DNA of 64,000 nt from an uncultured virus (IMG/VR IMGVR_UViG_3300025450_000023) (Duplodnaviria; Heunggongvirae; Uroviricota; Caudoviricetes). The notes below the pieces were generated by a model, which ran no database searches, was not told the origin of the DNA, and was given only the letters and a program-made list of their open reading frames with translations. Numbering within the stretch: position 1 is the stretch's first letter; each line of letters opens with the position of its first letter. This document shows, piece by piece, positions 19,521 through 29,595 of this stretch. A program made the position numbers and the translations under genes. The stretch lies in IMG/VR virus record IMGVR_UViG_3300025450_000023. One strand, 5' to 3'.

Positions 19521-20177
19521 ATGAACGTTCCGGAAATTTATAATACATATTTAAGCGTTTCGCGTGGCTCTTTAAACAAGCCTTGGAAAGCACGTAAAGA
19601 CTTTAATGATTTTGACAAAACCCCGGATGGTGTTATTTGTAAGCGTTTGGAATTATTCTTTAAGAAATTTCCTCAAATAGATCCAAGAGACTATTTTAAA
19701 GCACCTTATATTGTTTATAAAGATGAAGAGCATTTTCCGCTAAATTTTTACACTACACAAAAAGCTATAGCTATTTATACTACAGTAGAAAAGCAAAAGA
19801 AAGAAGAATTACCGGATACGGAAAGTCAAATTGAAGACATTAAAAAGACTTTAAAACATATTGCCGGTACTTGCCTTCGCCAGAAAACTACACTTACTGA
19901 TTACTGTAGAGCGAAAGAAGGATATACATATAGAATATTTAACGAATATAATAACAAACTTATTAACATTTATGTACTGATTAAGTTGCCTTTCTTTGAA
20001 AACCAGCTAAACTCTCTTAACCCTCAAGATAAGTTACTTTACTTGAAAGATGCTGCAAATAACATCCAGAAATACAAGATGCGATTGAACTCATCCATTA
20101 GAGCAAAGAAACTTATTGACGAAGGTCTCAAACTAATAACAAATACAACTAATACTATTGATAAAACTAAAAACTAA
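19521..20177 (+). CDS. possible helicase loader (gp59-like)
   Basis: 218 aa, basic, N-terminal EIYNTYL; directly upstream of gp32. Confidence 0.45.
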   Translation: MNVPEIYNTYLSVSRGSLNKPWKARKDFNDFDKTPDGVICKRLELFFKKFPQIDPRDYFKAPYIVYKDEEHFPLNFYTTQKAIAIYTTVEKQKKEELPDTESQIEDIKKTLKHIAGTCLRQKTTLTDYCRAKEGYTYRIFNEYNNKLINIYVLIKLPFFENQLNSLNPQDKLLYLKDAANNIQKYKMRLNSSIRAKKLIDEGLKLITNTTNTIDKTKN

Positions 20178-20197
20178 ACTAAAATCACAACACAATT

Positions 20198-21109
20198 ATG
20201 AAACCTACGTTTAATTCAAATATGTTCGAAAGCATTAAAAGCGCTCTCGACTCAGCTAAGACAAAAAATACTGGTAGCAGCTTTAAGAATCTATTCTCTA
20301 TTGCTAAGCCAGGTAATTATGTAGTACGTTTACTACCTAATATTAAAAACCCAGGTGAAACCTTTTTACATTATTATCATCACGGTTGGAATAGTATTGC
20401 TACCGGTCAATACGTAAGTGTAACATCTCCTTCTACATGGGGTGAACGTTGCCCGATTAGTGAACTATACTTTAAGGTATTACGCGGTGGTACTCCTGAT
20501 GAACAAGAAAAGGCTAAAGCAAATCTACGTCGTAAAGAGAACTGGTATGTTAATGTTTATGTAGTAAGTGATCCAGTATCACCAGAAAACAACGGTACTG
20601 TTAAAGTATTACGTTTCGGTAAACAATTAAACAAGATTATTGAATCTGCTATTAGTGGTGATGATTCAGCTGAATTCGGCGCTAAGATCTTTGATCTAAG
20701 TGAAAATGGCTGTAACTTACGTATTAAAGCAGAATTAGTATCAGATAAGCCAGGTGCACCAAAGTACCCAACTTATACAGCTTCTAAGTTCTTATCACCA
20801 TCTGCTATTGATGGCTTAGATGAAGACAAGATTCAAGATGTATATGAAAGCATTTATGATCTTGGTACTTTTGTAGAGCATAAAACACCTGCAGAATTAC
20901 AAACATTTATTGATACTCACTATTATGGTACAGATGCTGCTCCAGTATCCGCACCGGTTGTAGAGGAAGAAGAAGATGTACCATACGATACACCTGCACC
21001 TAAACCAGCAGCAAAGTCAGTCGCTAAATCGGCACCTATAGTTGCAGAAGATTCAGATACAAACGACGATAAAGTTAAAGCCATTCTCGATGGTCTTGAT
21101 AACTTATAA
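20198..21109 (+). CDS. 32: single-stranded DNA-binding protein gp32
   Basis: VRLLP, CPI, NVYVVSDP..PENNG.V...FGK, IFD...G.N and acidic tail. Confidence 0.9.
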   Translation: MKPTFNSNMFESIKSALDSAKTKNTGSSFKNLFSIAKPGNYVVRLLPNIKNPGETFLHYYHHGWNSIATGQYVSVTSPSTWGERCPISELYFKVLRGGTPDEQEKAKANLRRKENWYVNVYVVSDPVSPENNGTVKVLRFGKQLNKIIESAISGDDSAEFGAKIFDLSENGCNLRIKAELVSDKPGAPKYPTYTASKFLSPSAIDGLDEDKIQDVYESIYDLGTFVEHKTPAELQTFIDTHYYGTDAAPVSAPVVEEEEDVPYDTPAPKPAAKSVAKSAPIVAEDSDTNDDKVKAILDGLDNL

Positions 21110-21114
21110 TCTCA

Positions 21115-21687
21115 ATGACTGAACAAGAAAGAAGACAGCAAATATTACAAGCTCGTCAGCAGACTGCCCAACAGCGGTCTGCTGTACCCGCTATGTCAGA
21201 TACAGAAGCTGAACAATTAGCTTCTCAACAACAGGGGTTAACGCAAGAGCAGATGATTGCTATTGCTATGCTTGGTAAAATGGTGTCTAATGATATAGGC
21301 GGTATTAAAAAGAACGCTATAGGTGATAGCCTGAAAGTAACAGATGTGGATATGTCTAAAGTAATGCCTTCAAACATTATGAAGGCAGCTGGTATGACTA
21401 TACCACAACAAAGACTCTCGCAACAGAGACCAGTACAGCAACCTATTATCAGTCAACCCACTCTACAACCAGCAGCTCAATTTGAAGCACTTCCTGTACA
21501 GCAGGTTAGTCAACCAGTTTCCGATTCAGGACAACTCGAATTTGATTTAAATAAACAAGCTCGTTACGAAGATATAATAAATGCTATTGATAAATTAGAG
21601 AATAAGGTTAATATGTTAACCGACAAGATTAACACTCTAATTGACTCTAATAATAAAAAAAAACCGAAGATAGCAAATGGAACTTAA
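21115..21687 (+). CDS. hypothetical Gln-rich protein with C-terminal coiled coil
   Basis: 190 aa ORF between gp32 and gp45. Confidence 0.6.
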   Translation: MTEQERRQQILQARQQTAQQRSAVPAMSDTEAEQLASQQQGLTQEQMIAIAMLGKMVSNDIGGIKKNAIGDSLKVTDVDMSKVMPSNIMKAAGMTIPQQRLSQQRPVQQPIISQPTLQPAAQFEALPVQQVSQPVSDSGQLEFDLNKQARYEDIINAIDKLENKVNMLTDKINTLIDSNNKKKPKIANGT

Positions 21688-22411
21688 ACTGGCTAAAAAA
21701 GATTTCGCTGATAATTTTTTAAATATTATCAGTAAAGCTGTAGATGTAGCTTGTATCAAGGTCAACAAAGATGGTTTATACGTCTTATGTAACAAACCTG
21801 ATACAAGTATTATATTACTTGGTAAATACAACTACCCTATTGATATTGCTCAAGAGCAGTCACTTAATATTGGAGATATTAAAAAGCTGTTGCGTGTTAT
21901 TGACTGTATAGAAGAAGATGATTTTACCTTTAAAATTAACAGTAATCATTTATTTCATAAATCAGATTCAATACAATTTAAATATCACTTTTTAGATGAT
22001 ACAGCAGTACCAAAAGCTTCAATTAAGAAAGAAAAAGTAGAAGCATTAGAACTTGATACCTTTTTTGATATTGATTACCGCAAACTACAAGAAATCCTTA
22101 AAGCAAGTTCGTTTACTACAGATACCAATAAGATATATCTATACGGACAACAAGACGGCGTGTACTGCGAATTAGGTGATAAAGAATCTGCTAATACAGA
22201 TAGTGTATCGCTTAAGGTAACTGATAAAATAGAGGGTAAACCATTAAATCAGGTTATACCTTTTAACTTAGATATCTTTAGAGTATTAACCGGAGTTAAG
22301 TTTGAAACCGCAAGAGTAGGTATCAATCTTAAGCTTAAAATAATGTCATTTTATGTTAAGCCAACACCCGAAACTGAATTTAAGTTTATTATTTCTGGAT
22401 TAGTTAAATAA
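21677..22411 (+). CDS. 45: sliding clamp, gp45-like
   Basis: 244 aa; IGDIKKLL.VI and KYHF.D patterns; replication context. Confidence 0.65.
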   Translation: MELKLAKKDFADNFLNIISKAVDVACIKVNKDGLYVLCNKPDTSIILLGKYNYPIDIAQEQSLNIGDIKKLLRVIDCIEEDDFTFKINSNHLFHKSDSIQFKYHFLDDTAVPKASIKKEKVEALELDTFFDIDYRKLQEILKASSFTTDTNKIYLYGQQDGVYCELGDKESANTDSVSLKVTDKIEGKPLNQVIPFNLDIFRVLTGVKFETARVGINLKLKIMSFYVKPTPETEFKFIISGLVK

Positions 22412-22741
22412 ATGGCTAACAAGATAACAACTCAAAGTTATTTTATTAAAAGACTTAAAGACTCTGGTTATATGGTTTATAAGATCTTTGATGAATACGG
22501 TGAAGCTGATCCTCGTTCGTGGACTGTAATGATTGATCCAGGCAATGCTTCAGTATTTTGTACATGTTACGTTAATCATCATGGTATGTTTGGCGAAACA
22601 TTTTTTGAATTTTATGACGGAGGTCAATATATTCCTGAGCGATTTAAGTTGAAAACTGACTCGATCGAGGTTATAATAAGCTATTTAGTAAAATATGGAA
22701 TCAACAACAAATCAGAGTTATACAACGGGCGAACAATTTAA
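22412..22741 (+). CDS. hypothetical protein
   Basis: 109 aa ORF in operon. Confidence 0.6.
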   Translation: MANKITTQSYFIKRLKDSGYMVYKIFDEYGEADPRSWTVMIDPGNASVFCTCYVNHHGMFGETFFEFYDGGQYIPERFKLKTDSIEVIISYLVKYGINNKSELYNGRTI

Positions 22742-22760
22742 GTCCGTAAAATCTTTTAAC

Positions 22761-23420
22761 ATGGCAAATAAAGTAAAACACCCAATACTTCCTACTGCTA
22801 ATAGCAGTATGATAACTACAGAAGAAGATAGAAAAGCTATTATTGATAACGCAGCAGAAGCTTATGCAGACTTTCTCGACGCTTTGCGTATTGATTGGCG
22901 TAATGATGTCAATAGTGCCGACACACCACGTCGTGTAGCTAAGGCATATGTATGTGATCTTATTAAAGGTTGCTATGAGGGGCCACCAAAGATTACTACA
23001 TTCCCTTCAGACGGTTATGATGGTATTGTTAGTCAGATGAACATACCTGTAGTATCTATGTGTTCACATCACCATCTATCATTTACCGGTGTTGCACATG
23101 TAGCTTATATTCCTGATAAAAATGGTCAAGTTATTGGTCTATCTAAACTTAATCGTATTGTAGAACATTATGCTCGTCGCCCTCAAATACAAGAAGGCTT
23201 AACAGTTCAGATTCATAAAGCTATTGATCAACTATGCACAGGCAATCAGGGCGTAGCAGTTATTCTTAAATGCTCTCATACTTGTGCTTGCCATCGTGGT
23301 GTAAAGCATCATGGTTGTGCTATGATTACCTCTAAGTTATCTGGGGATTTTATGAACGAACCACAAACTCGTAAAGAGTTCTATGATTTTGTTGCTTCCG
23401 CTGAACGAGACACTAAATAA
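22761..23420 (+). CDS. folE: GTP cyclohydrolase I
   Basis: TPRRVAK, SMCSHH, GLSKL.R, RRPQIQE and H.C...RGV. Confidence 0.95.
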   Translation: MANKVKHPILPTANSSMITTEEDRKAIIDNAAEAYADFLDALRIDWRNDVNSADTPRRVAKAYVCDLIKGCYEGPPKITTFPSDGYDGIVSQMNIPVVSMCSHHHLSFTGVAHVAYIPDKNGQVIGLSKLNRIVEHYARRPQIQEGLTVQIHKAIDQLCTGNQGVAVILKCSHTCACHRGVKHHGCAMITSKLSGDFMNEPQTRKEFYDFVASAERDTK

Positions 23421-23422
23421 TT

Positions 23423-23848
23423 ATGGTGAGCAAAGAACAAAAAGTATCTAAAGCTAATAAAAAGAACTCTCCTAAAAAGAAAGCTCAAGCCTCTGCTTCA
23501 GATGCTTTAAAGGTTCCGGTACTACCAGTGACGTTAACCGAAGATCAAAAAAAAATTAGAGATCTGATCTTACATGCTCAAGTGGAGTTTGCTAAACTTA
23601 AAAACAATATCATTAAAGAAAGACGTGGAGAGATTGCTGCTCTTGAAACACAAATAAAAGAGTTTATGGGCCCGTTTATGTTAATTGGATATGATATTAA
23701 CAATAATCCAATAGAATTAATATCAGCAAACTCTACTGCAGAGAATGATGCACTACTGGAACGTTTTAGACGTGTAATGTATAAAATTAATCAGAATATT
23801 GCTAATTCCGGTGGGGAAGACCCTTATGGTCACCAAAATACTGACTAA
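23423..23848 (+). CDS. hypothetical protein
   Basis: 141 aa ORF. Confidence 0.6.
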   Translation: MVSKEQKVSKANKKNSPKKKAQASASDALKVPVLPVTLTEDQKKIRDLILHAQVEFAKLKNNIIKERRGEIAALETQIKEFMGPFMLIGYDINNNPIELISANSTAENDALLERFRRVMYKINQNIANSGGEDPYGHQNTD

Positions 23849-24143
23849 ACTTAAGTTATTTTTTCTACCTAAAAAACGCCGTATTTATGTTGTTCTTGAA
23901 GGGCAATACAAAGGTGAATGGTTAGTGAAGGTAAAAACTGATAAAGAAAATATAACGTTTTTCTCGTTACCGGATAAATTTATACGCGGTATACCTACAA
24001 AAGACTATGAGTGGGGTATACAAAATAAAGTTTTGGAACCAGTAGATGTTTTACCTGAAAAGGTATATAATGTCTGTTTAGCAGAATACAACCTTAAAGC
24101 TACCGATGTCCAAAAAAATAACGCTCTTAATAGACGGGAATAA
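23826..24143 (+). CDS. hypothetical protein
   Basis: ORF, ATG at 23826. Confidence 0.55.
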   Translation: MVTKILTKLKLFFLPKKRRIYVVLEGQYKGEWLVKVKTDKENITFFSLPDKFIRGIPTKDYEWGIQNKVLEPVDVLPEKVYNVCLAEYNLKATDVQKNNALNRRE

Positions 24144-25029
24144 CACCCTTCACCGCACCCACTGGGTAGCCAATAACACTGGTCGCCAATTAATTAACTC
24201 AAAAGGTGTTAATGTTGGTAGTACATTTACTTTTCTTAAAACAGTTAAGTCGTATGTAGATCAGTTTAATGCGGATGATGTTTACATTGCATGGGATAAA
24301 AAGCTAACCGAAGGTGCTGTTAATTTTCGTAATACTTTAATGGAAGGTACGTATAAAGCGGGTAGAGATCATGTACGTAACAAAGCGGTATACGATGATG
24401 CAGATGGAATTATTGAAATTACAAAAACACTTGGAATTAAAAACATTTTTCCAGGAGAGTTAGAAGCAGATGATGTTATTAGCTGGTTAAGTGAAAATAT
24501 AGAAGGTAAAAAGATAATTGTCAGTGTTGATAACGACTTTGCACAGTTAGTTAACGACAGTATATCCCTTTATAGCCCAATTAAAAAACTTCTTGTAGAT
24601 GTTAATAACTTTGAAGAATACTATGGATTAAACCCAAAAGAATTCTTGTATTACAAGTGTATAGTAGGAGATAAATCTGATAATATACCAGGTATTGAGG
24701 GAGTAGGTAAAATACGCGGACAAAAACTTGCAAAATTATTTGTTGTTGGGGATACAAAATCTCAAGAACAATGTAATGCACAAGTTTCATTAAATATGCC
24801 TCTTGTTAGTTTAACCTATGGGTTTAACACACACCCTAATGAAATAAAACTTTATGAAAAGCAGTTTTCTAATGCAAAGAATGCTAAAGCAGATTTTAGC
24901 TCGTTTATTGCATATTGTACAGAGTTAGAGTTTAACTCTATCATAGATAAAATGAGTAATTGGCAAGCTTCCTTTAACAAAACATCGAATAATGATGTTT
25001 TAGCTGGGTATTTTAAGGCTTTTGAGTAA
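24106..25029 (+). CDS. rnh: 5'-3' exonuclease / T4 RNase H-like
   Basis: LIDGN, YKAGR, EADD, SVDNDF.QL and GDKSDNIPG..GVG. Confidence 0.92.
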   Translation: MSKKITLLIDGNNTLHRTHWVANNTGRQLINSKGVNVGSTFTFLKTVKSYVDQFNADDVYIAWDKKLTEGAVNFRNTLMEGTYKAGRDHVRNKAVYDDADGIIEITKTLGIKNIFPGELEADDVISWLSENIEGKKIIVSVDNDFAQLVNDSISLYSPIKKLLVDVNNFEEYYGLNPKEFLYYKCIVGDKSDNIPGIEGVGKIRGQKLAKLFVVGDTKSQEQCNAQVSLNMPLVSLTYGFNTHPNEIKLYEKQFSNAKNAKADFSSFIAYCTELEFNSIIDKMSNWQASFNKTSNNDVLAGYFKAFE

Positions 25030-25039
25030 GTATTTGATT

Positions 25040-25234
25040 ATGTTACCAAATACAATAGAACCACGCCCATCTTCTTGCAGTACTTGTGGTCAACCAGCAG
25101 TACACCCACGTATTTCACAAGTTAGACGTGGTAAAGACGTTGTAACCGAAGCTCACTGGATTTGTCCAAGATGTAACAGTAGATTCATGTATGGGACAGT
25201 AAGTATAGTTAACAGTGAAACCAAGAAAAACTAA
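25040..25234 (+). CDS. small zinc-ribbon protein
   Basis: CSTC...CPRC. Confidence 0.6.
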   Translation: MLPNTIEPRPSSCSTCGQPAVHPRISQVRRGKDVVTEAHWICPRCNSRFMYGTVSIVNSETKKN

Positions 25235-25610
25235 GAAAATCCTTGACGAGTCGTCATTCTACACTGGCTCATACTCTGGCCAACAGGCTCCGGAGACAAC
25301 ATCAGCTTACGAGTACAGTAGAGACAGTGTTCCTACACTGAACAAAATCGAGGAACTTAGAAACAAAGGAAACAATATGGGTGTTCCACAAGAATTGCCG
25401 TTTCCTTTTCAAGATTCTGTTAGAGAGCTTGCTGATTTATATTTAAAAGCACAAGATTTAAGAAATAAAGCACGTGATGCTGCAAAATTACCTTTTTTTA
25501 AAGGTAGAGAAGCTAAGCTTGAATCATTCCGTGGTAAACTAAACGGTATTATGGTTGAGTGTAAAAAGTTAGCTGCTGATTTGCACAATTTTTCTCTTGC
25601 ACCTAAGTGA
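25215..25610 (+). CDS. hypothetical protein
   Basis: 131 aa ORF. Confidence 0.55.
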   Translation: MKPRKTKKILDESSFYTGSYSGQQAPETTSAYEYSRDSVPTLNKIEELRNKGNNMGVPQELPFPFQDSVRELADLYLKAQDLRNKARDAAKLPFFKGREAKLESFRGKLNGIMVECKKLAADLHNFSLAPK

Positions 25611-25635
25611 ATAAGTTCCTCTAATAGGGGATCTT

Positions 25636-26061
25636 ATGAGAGACAAATTAATATTATTATTTAAATCATTAACCGTAACTGTGGCTATATCTGCCTTAAT
25701 AGGTGGAACAGTTGCTTATTTCGGCCACCCATTTTGGATGTGGTTTGTAGTAGCATTTATCGGTCAATTCTTGGTATCTTATATTTCTAATTCGTTTTTA
25801 GAATATAAAGCATTAAGAGAAGCAAGAGCTCTCAAGATAAGAGAGGCTCAAATAGCTGAACAAAATACAATGAGAGTATCTTGTGCATCCTGTAAAAAAG
25901 AAAGTAATGTTATTGTATTCACTAATCAAGAAAATAGATTTAACTGTGGGTTTTGTAATGCTAAAAATTCTGTTTATTTAGTTGCAGAAACCGCTTTAGT
26001 AACAGACCCTATTTACGATGCGTCAGCACTTAAAAATATTTCATTAAATGGAAACCAATAA
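25636..26061 (+). CDS. two-TM membrane protein with C-terminal zinc ribbon
   Basis: two hydrophobic segments, then CASC and CGFC. Confidence 0.65.
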   Translation: MRDKLILLFKSLTVTVAISALIGGTVAYFGHPFWMWFVVAFIGQFLVSYISNSFLEYKALREARALKIREAQIAEQNTMRVSCASCKKESNVIVFTNQENRFNCGFCNAKNSVYLVAETALVTDPIYDASALKNISLNGNQ

Positions 26062-26338
26062 TACAAATAAAGTATCACTTTACGAATTTAGCCGTTGGGC
26101 TGCTCTAATGGAAGCTGTAAATATTATAGCCGATAAATGCGAAGATAGGGGCATTGATTTTAATAGCCAAGAAGGCATGAAATATATTAAGCCATTAGAT
26201 ATTCAAGACTACGTTAATATACGTACTGATGCGTTAATGACTAAAATTAAAACAGCACGTACAATCGAAAAGAACCTTAATAATATCAAATGCCTACAAA
26301 TAGAAAAACAATTAAAACACTTGGAAGTTGTAGGGTAG
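26048..26338 (+). CDS. hypothetical protein
   Basis: 96 aa ORF. Confidence 0.55.
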   Translation: METNNTNKVSLYEFSRWAALMEAVNIIADKCEDRGIDFNSQEGMKYIKPLDIQDYVNIRTDALMTKIKTARTIEKNLNNIKCLQIEKQLKHLEVVG

Positions 26339-26853
26339 TACGTCTCTCAGGTGAGATTACTGAAGAGCTGGCTAATAAGATTATTGACCAGCTTATCAAG
26401 TATGACAAAAAAAGCAATAAAGACATTTTATTGCTTATTGACTCCCCTGGTGGTGATATAGATGCAACGCTTTCAATATACCAAATTATACAGTTATTAA
26501 GATGTAATGTAGCAACTTTAGCATTATCTAATGCTGCCTCTGCTGCTGCAGTACTCTTAGCGTGTGGAAAATTAGGTAAACGTATGGTAATGGAGCACAG
26601 TATTGTTATGCTACATGATATTAGTCAAGCAATGACAGAAGACTATCATAGAGTGTTAGAGAACGAATTAATATCGTTGCGTCTTTCTAAAGATATATTA
26701 AATACTATTTTACATAAACAAAATGTTAAAAAGCCTTTAGATTTGCTAAAACCGGAAGCAACCTATATGCTTGGTAAACAAGCTGTTGAGCGTGGCTTAG
26801 CAGACTATGTTATAAAAGACTTTAATGAACTTTACAATATAACCGTTATATGA
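26290..26853 (+). CDS. ClpP-like protease
   Basis: IDSPGG, AASAA, MLHD and A...GL.D.VI. Confidence 0.85.
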   Translation: MPTNRKTIKTLGSCRVVRLSGEITEELANKIIDQLIKYDKKSNKDILLLIDSPGGDIDATLSIYQIIQLLRCNVATLALSNAASAAAVLLACGKLGKRMVMEHSIVMLHDISQAMTEDYHRVLENELISLRLSKDILNTILHKQNVKKPLDLLKPEATYMLGKQAVERGLADYVIKDFNELYNITVI

Positions 26854-27104
26854 ACAACCCTGAATTTGTAATACTCGATTCTTCAATTAAGTACATGCAT
26901 GCTCGTAATGTGCTTGAAGAAGGCCTGTTTTACTGTGATAATAATACGTGGTCCCGTAATTTAGAACGCGCTGTTAAATATTCCGATTCTAACAGTGCAG
27001 TTGACATAGCAAAGAAGCTTCAAGCTGAAGAGAATCTACCTAAAAGAGTGCTTTTAGTACAGAGAAACGGTAACAATATAAATGTAGGAGATGTTAAGTT
27101 TTAG
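26850..27104 (+). CDS. hypothetical protein
   Basis: 84 aa coupled ORF. Confidence 0.5.
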   Translation: MNNPEFVILDSSIKYMHARNVLEEGLFYCDNNTWSRNLERAVKYSDSNSAVDIAKKLQAEENLPKRVLLVQRNGNNINVGDVKF

Positions 27105-27138
27105 TGGATTTATACTTGTTTGTAGTTAATATTATATT

Positions 27139-27435
27139 ATGATCCTTAAATTAACGAACGCTTTTCCTGCTTATAGAGATAAATCTGTTATTATTAATAC
27201 AGACTTTATTGTAAATGCACTTGAAAATTCAATTACAAGAGATGATGGCACGATAGAGAACGTAACAACTGTTCACTGCCCCCCGCATGGTGTTTGGGAA
27301 GTTAAAGAAACTCCAGACGAGATATTTGCCATGATTAACGGTAACACAACAAAAGTATCTCAACCTGTAACTACTTTACTTGAAGAAACTACTGCACCAA
27401 AAGCAACCACTAAAAAGACACGTAAGAAGTCTTAA
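27139..27435 (+). CDS. FlbD-like small protein
   Basis: MI.KLT..IN.D.I ... VKETPDEI pattern. Confidence 0.5.
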   Translation: MILKLTNAFPAYRDKSVIINTDFIVNALENSITRDDGTIENVTTVHCPPHGVWEVKETPDEIFAMINGNTTKVSQPVTTLLEETTAPKATTKKTRKKS

Positions 27436-28212
27436 TTAGTTTTTACAATATTGCAGCATGTGCACGTATTTGGGTAGATACGTCTCATGCTGTATGTGAT
27501 CAAATTCCATATTTGATCTAAAGAATATATCTTTACCCTGTTCTATAGCTTCTTTAATTTTTTCCGGGTCAGTGTATTTTGCGTTGTTATATTCTTGGTG
27601 AGAAAAGTTTTTAATTTTTCTTATTATTGCATTTACATCCCCGAAATAAGAAAAGTGCCAACCGGTTACTTGGTTGTGTAATGTAATATCAGCTATAGTA
27701 AATCTACTATTTCTAAGCTGTTGCATGTCTGAACCTGATTGTGTAAAAGTAGCTGCATCTACTACTACAGTACCAGGCCACAGGTTTTTACATCTGCATT
27801 TTGTATTATAATAATAAAAGTGTTGTAAGAACTTATATTGACCGTGTAAATTTGCATTACGTAATTGTTTTAACACATTAGTATCAGGTATTTCGTCTAC
27901 GTCTGATAATAATATTAGGTCATCATTGTTTAATACAGGTAAACCAGTTTGTAAGAATTTTCTTTGACCTATTTCATTAGCCCATGCATCTGTAGAAGAA
28001 TATAGCATATTGTTAGGTACATATTTTATTTTATCTGAAAACACTACAAACTTTTCAGCTATTTTAGGATAAAGTAGTTCTTTCTTATCTCCTTTAAATG
28101 TATACTCGCATTCAGTAATAATAAAAAGATCTACGTGGTCATATAATTCATGTAACCGAAAATTTAACATATCGGATTCCCCATTATACATTATACAATC
28201 ATAAATATTCAT
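27436..28212 (-). CDS. GT17-like N-acetylglucosaminyltransferase
   Basis: YDC..YN.E...L..RL.EL, SDVDEIP and GWHFSY. Confidence 0.85.
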   Translation of the reverse strand: MNIYDCIMYNGESDMLNFRLHELYDHVDLFIITECEYTFKGDKKELLYPKIAEKFVVFSDKIKYVPNNMLYSSTDAWANEIGQRKFLQTGLPVLNNDDLILLSDVDEIPDTNVLKQLRNANLHGQYKFLQHFYYYNTKCRCKNLWPGTVVVDAATFTQSGSDMQQLRNSRFTIADITLHNQVTGWHFSYFGDVNAIIRKIKNFSHQEYNNAKYTDPEKIKEAIEQGKDIFFRSNMEFDHIQHETYLPKYVHMLQYCKN

Positions 28213-28246
28213 ACTTGTTAATTACCATTAGTTTGTAAATAATATA

Positions 28247-28438
28247 GTGGTATTAATACGTAGAGCTTCTAAAGACGGTAAAGACTATACTGTCCTAATG
28301 TTAAAAGGTGAAGAACCTAAATGGGTTCTTACAACTAACTATGAACATATGCGTATAATGCAAATATTCAAACAAGATAAATTTTATGAAGGTATCGAAA
28401 ATGATTTCGTAGACTTTAAAGAAATACTGGATAAATAG
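28247..28438 (+). CDS. hypothetical protein
   Basis: 63 aa ORF, GTG start after TAAATA. Confidence 0.45.
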   Translation: MVLIRRASKDGKDYTVLMLKGEEPKWVLTTNYEHMRIMQIFKQDKFYEGIENDFVDFKEILDK

Positions 28439-28445
28439 ATAATAT

Positions 28446-28520
28446 GCGGGGTTAATTCAGTGGTAGAATATCTGCTTGCCAAGCAGGATGTCGGCGGTTC
28501 GAGCCCGCCACTCCGCTCCA
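28446..28520 (+). tRNA. tRNA-Gly(GCC)
   Basis: cloverleaf, anticodon loop TTGCCAA, GGTTCGA T-loop, encoded CCA. Confidence 0.93.
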
Positions 28521-28529
28521 ATTCCTATT

Positions 28530-28754
28530 ATGAACAGTCACCTCATATCTTTATTAAAAGCTACTACCTACAGAGTGTTAGGTAGTCTTGCAACATTTTT
28601 AATTAGCTACCTTTTAACAAAGCGTGCTGACCTGTCTTTAGGTATAGCGGGTATAGATTTTTTTGGTAAAATAGCATTATACTATTTACACGACAGAGTG
28701 TGGAGTGTAATACTCGCTAAAAAAACTAAAAAACCTAAAAAAGTAAAAGTTTAA
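28530..28754 (+). CDS. DUF2061-like small membrane protein
   Basis: KA.TYR..G ... YY.HDR.W; start moved downstream of tRNA. Confidence 0.75.
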   Translation: MNSHLISLLKATTYRVLGSLATFLISYLLTKRADLSLGIAGIDFFGKIALYYLHDRVWSVILAKKTKKPKKVKV

Positions 28755-29164
28755 ATCTTTAAACTTTCAGGTTTGGTAGCACGAATATATACCTCGCCCC
28801 AAACTTCTAACTCCCCCATAAGAGCTTGAAACTCTTTTTGAGATAATTTATCTAAATTTGCTAACTTAGCATAAACCTCTTCTGCCATTTTTTTATAGTG
28901 AGCATTTGCTTTATCGCAATCTTTATTAGGATCTTTTTCCATTTTCTCACATTCTGCATAAGGTTTAGCTTTAGCAGCAAAATGAATAGCTGTTAATGTA
29001 GCAAAACCACCCTTTTCTTTTGAACTATGTGCAATCTTAGCAGCTCCAGCAGCTCTTTTTTCTAAGAATTGCTTCAATGCTTCTTCTGTTTCGGGTTCAG
29101 GTTGAACACGTTTTTCAAGCATTAATTGATACTGTTCTGCTAAAACTTTAAGCTGGCTATTCAT
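28751..29164 (-). CDS. hypothetical protein, possible internal head protein
   Basis: 137 aa; N-terminal LKVLAEQY; TAAGTA upstream. Confidence 0.6.
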   Translation of the reverse strand: MNSQLKVLAEQYQLMLEKRVQPEPETEEALKQFLEKRAAGAAKIAHSSKEKGGFATLTAIHFAAKAKPYAECEKMEKDPNKDCDKANAHYKKMAEEVYAKLANLDKLSQKEFQALMGELEVWGEVYIRATKPESLKI

Positions 29165-29208
29165 GGTAAATATATTATATTACTTATTGTTCTTTAACAT
29201 ATTTTAAT

Positions 29209-29591
29209 GGGCCTGTACCAGATTCGACTCTGTGGCAGATGTATTAGAAGCAAGCAGGATTAGTAAATCCTTTATAAATTACTACAAAAACAAACGGCAT
29301 TATTCAAAGCCTCAAGAACGCAGTCGCTTCTGTAATGGATTCATTCAATACAAGCGAAAGCTTCGCACTCGCAGCTGCTTAAGCTCGATCGGTTGTAGTA
29401 TAGATTCTCGCTATATATTATAACCGTCATTTAGCGAGACTGACTATTCAATGGTAGTAGAATAGCAGGAACACTACCAAACAACTTGTATATCAGCACT
29501 ATGGATATACATTTTATTAATAGTGCTAAGCTTGTAGAAACTGATAAGAACGCTACGGAACACAGGGGTGCAACTCCCCTCAGGTCCACCA
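29209..29591 (+). ncRNA. ssrA: tmRNA
   Basis: 5' GGGCCTG..GATTCGAC pairs with 3' CAGGTCC-A-CCA (G3.U70); T-arm AGGGG/CCCCT; internal frame ends FALAAA-stop at 29382. Confidence 0.92.
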
Positions 29592-29595
29592 TTTT

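Noticed and set aside
28476..28529. N-terminal extension of the DUF2061-like ORF
   Set aside because: Overlaps tRNA-Gly; ATG at 28530 fits better
29232..29423. 63-aa ORF in the track
   Set aside because: Lies within the tmRNA and in a different frame from the tag
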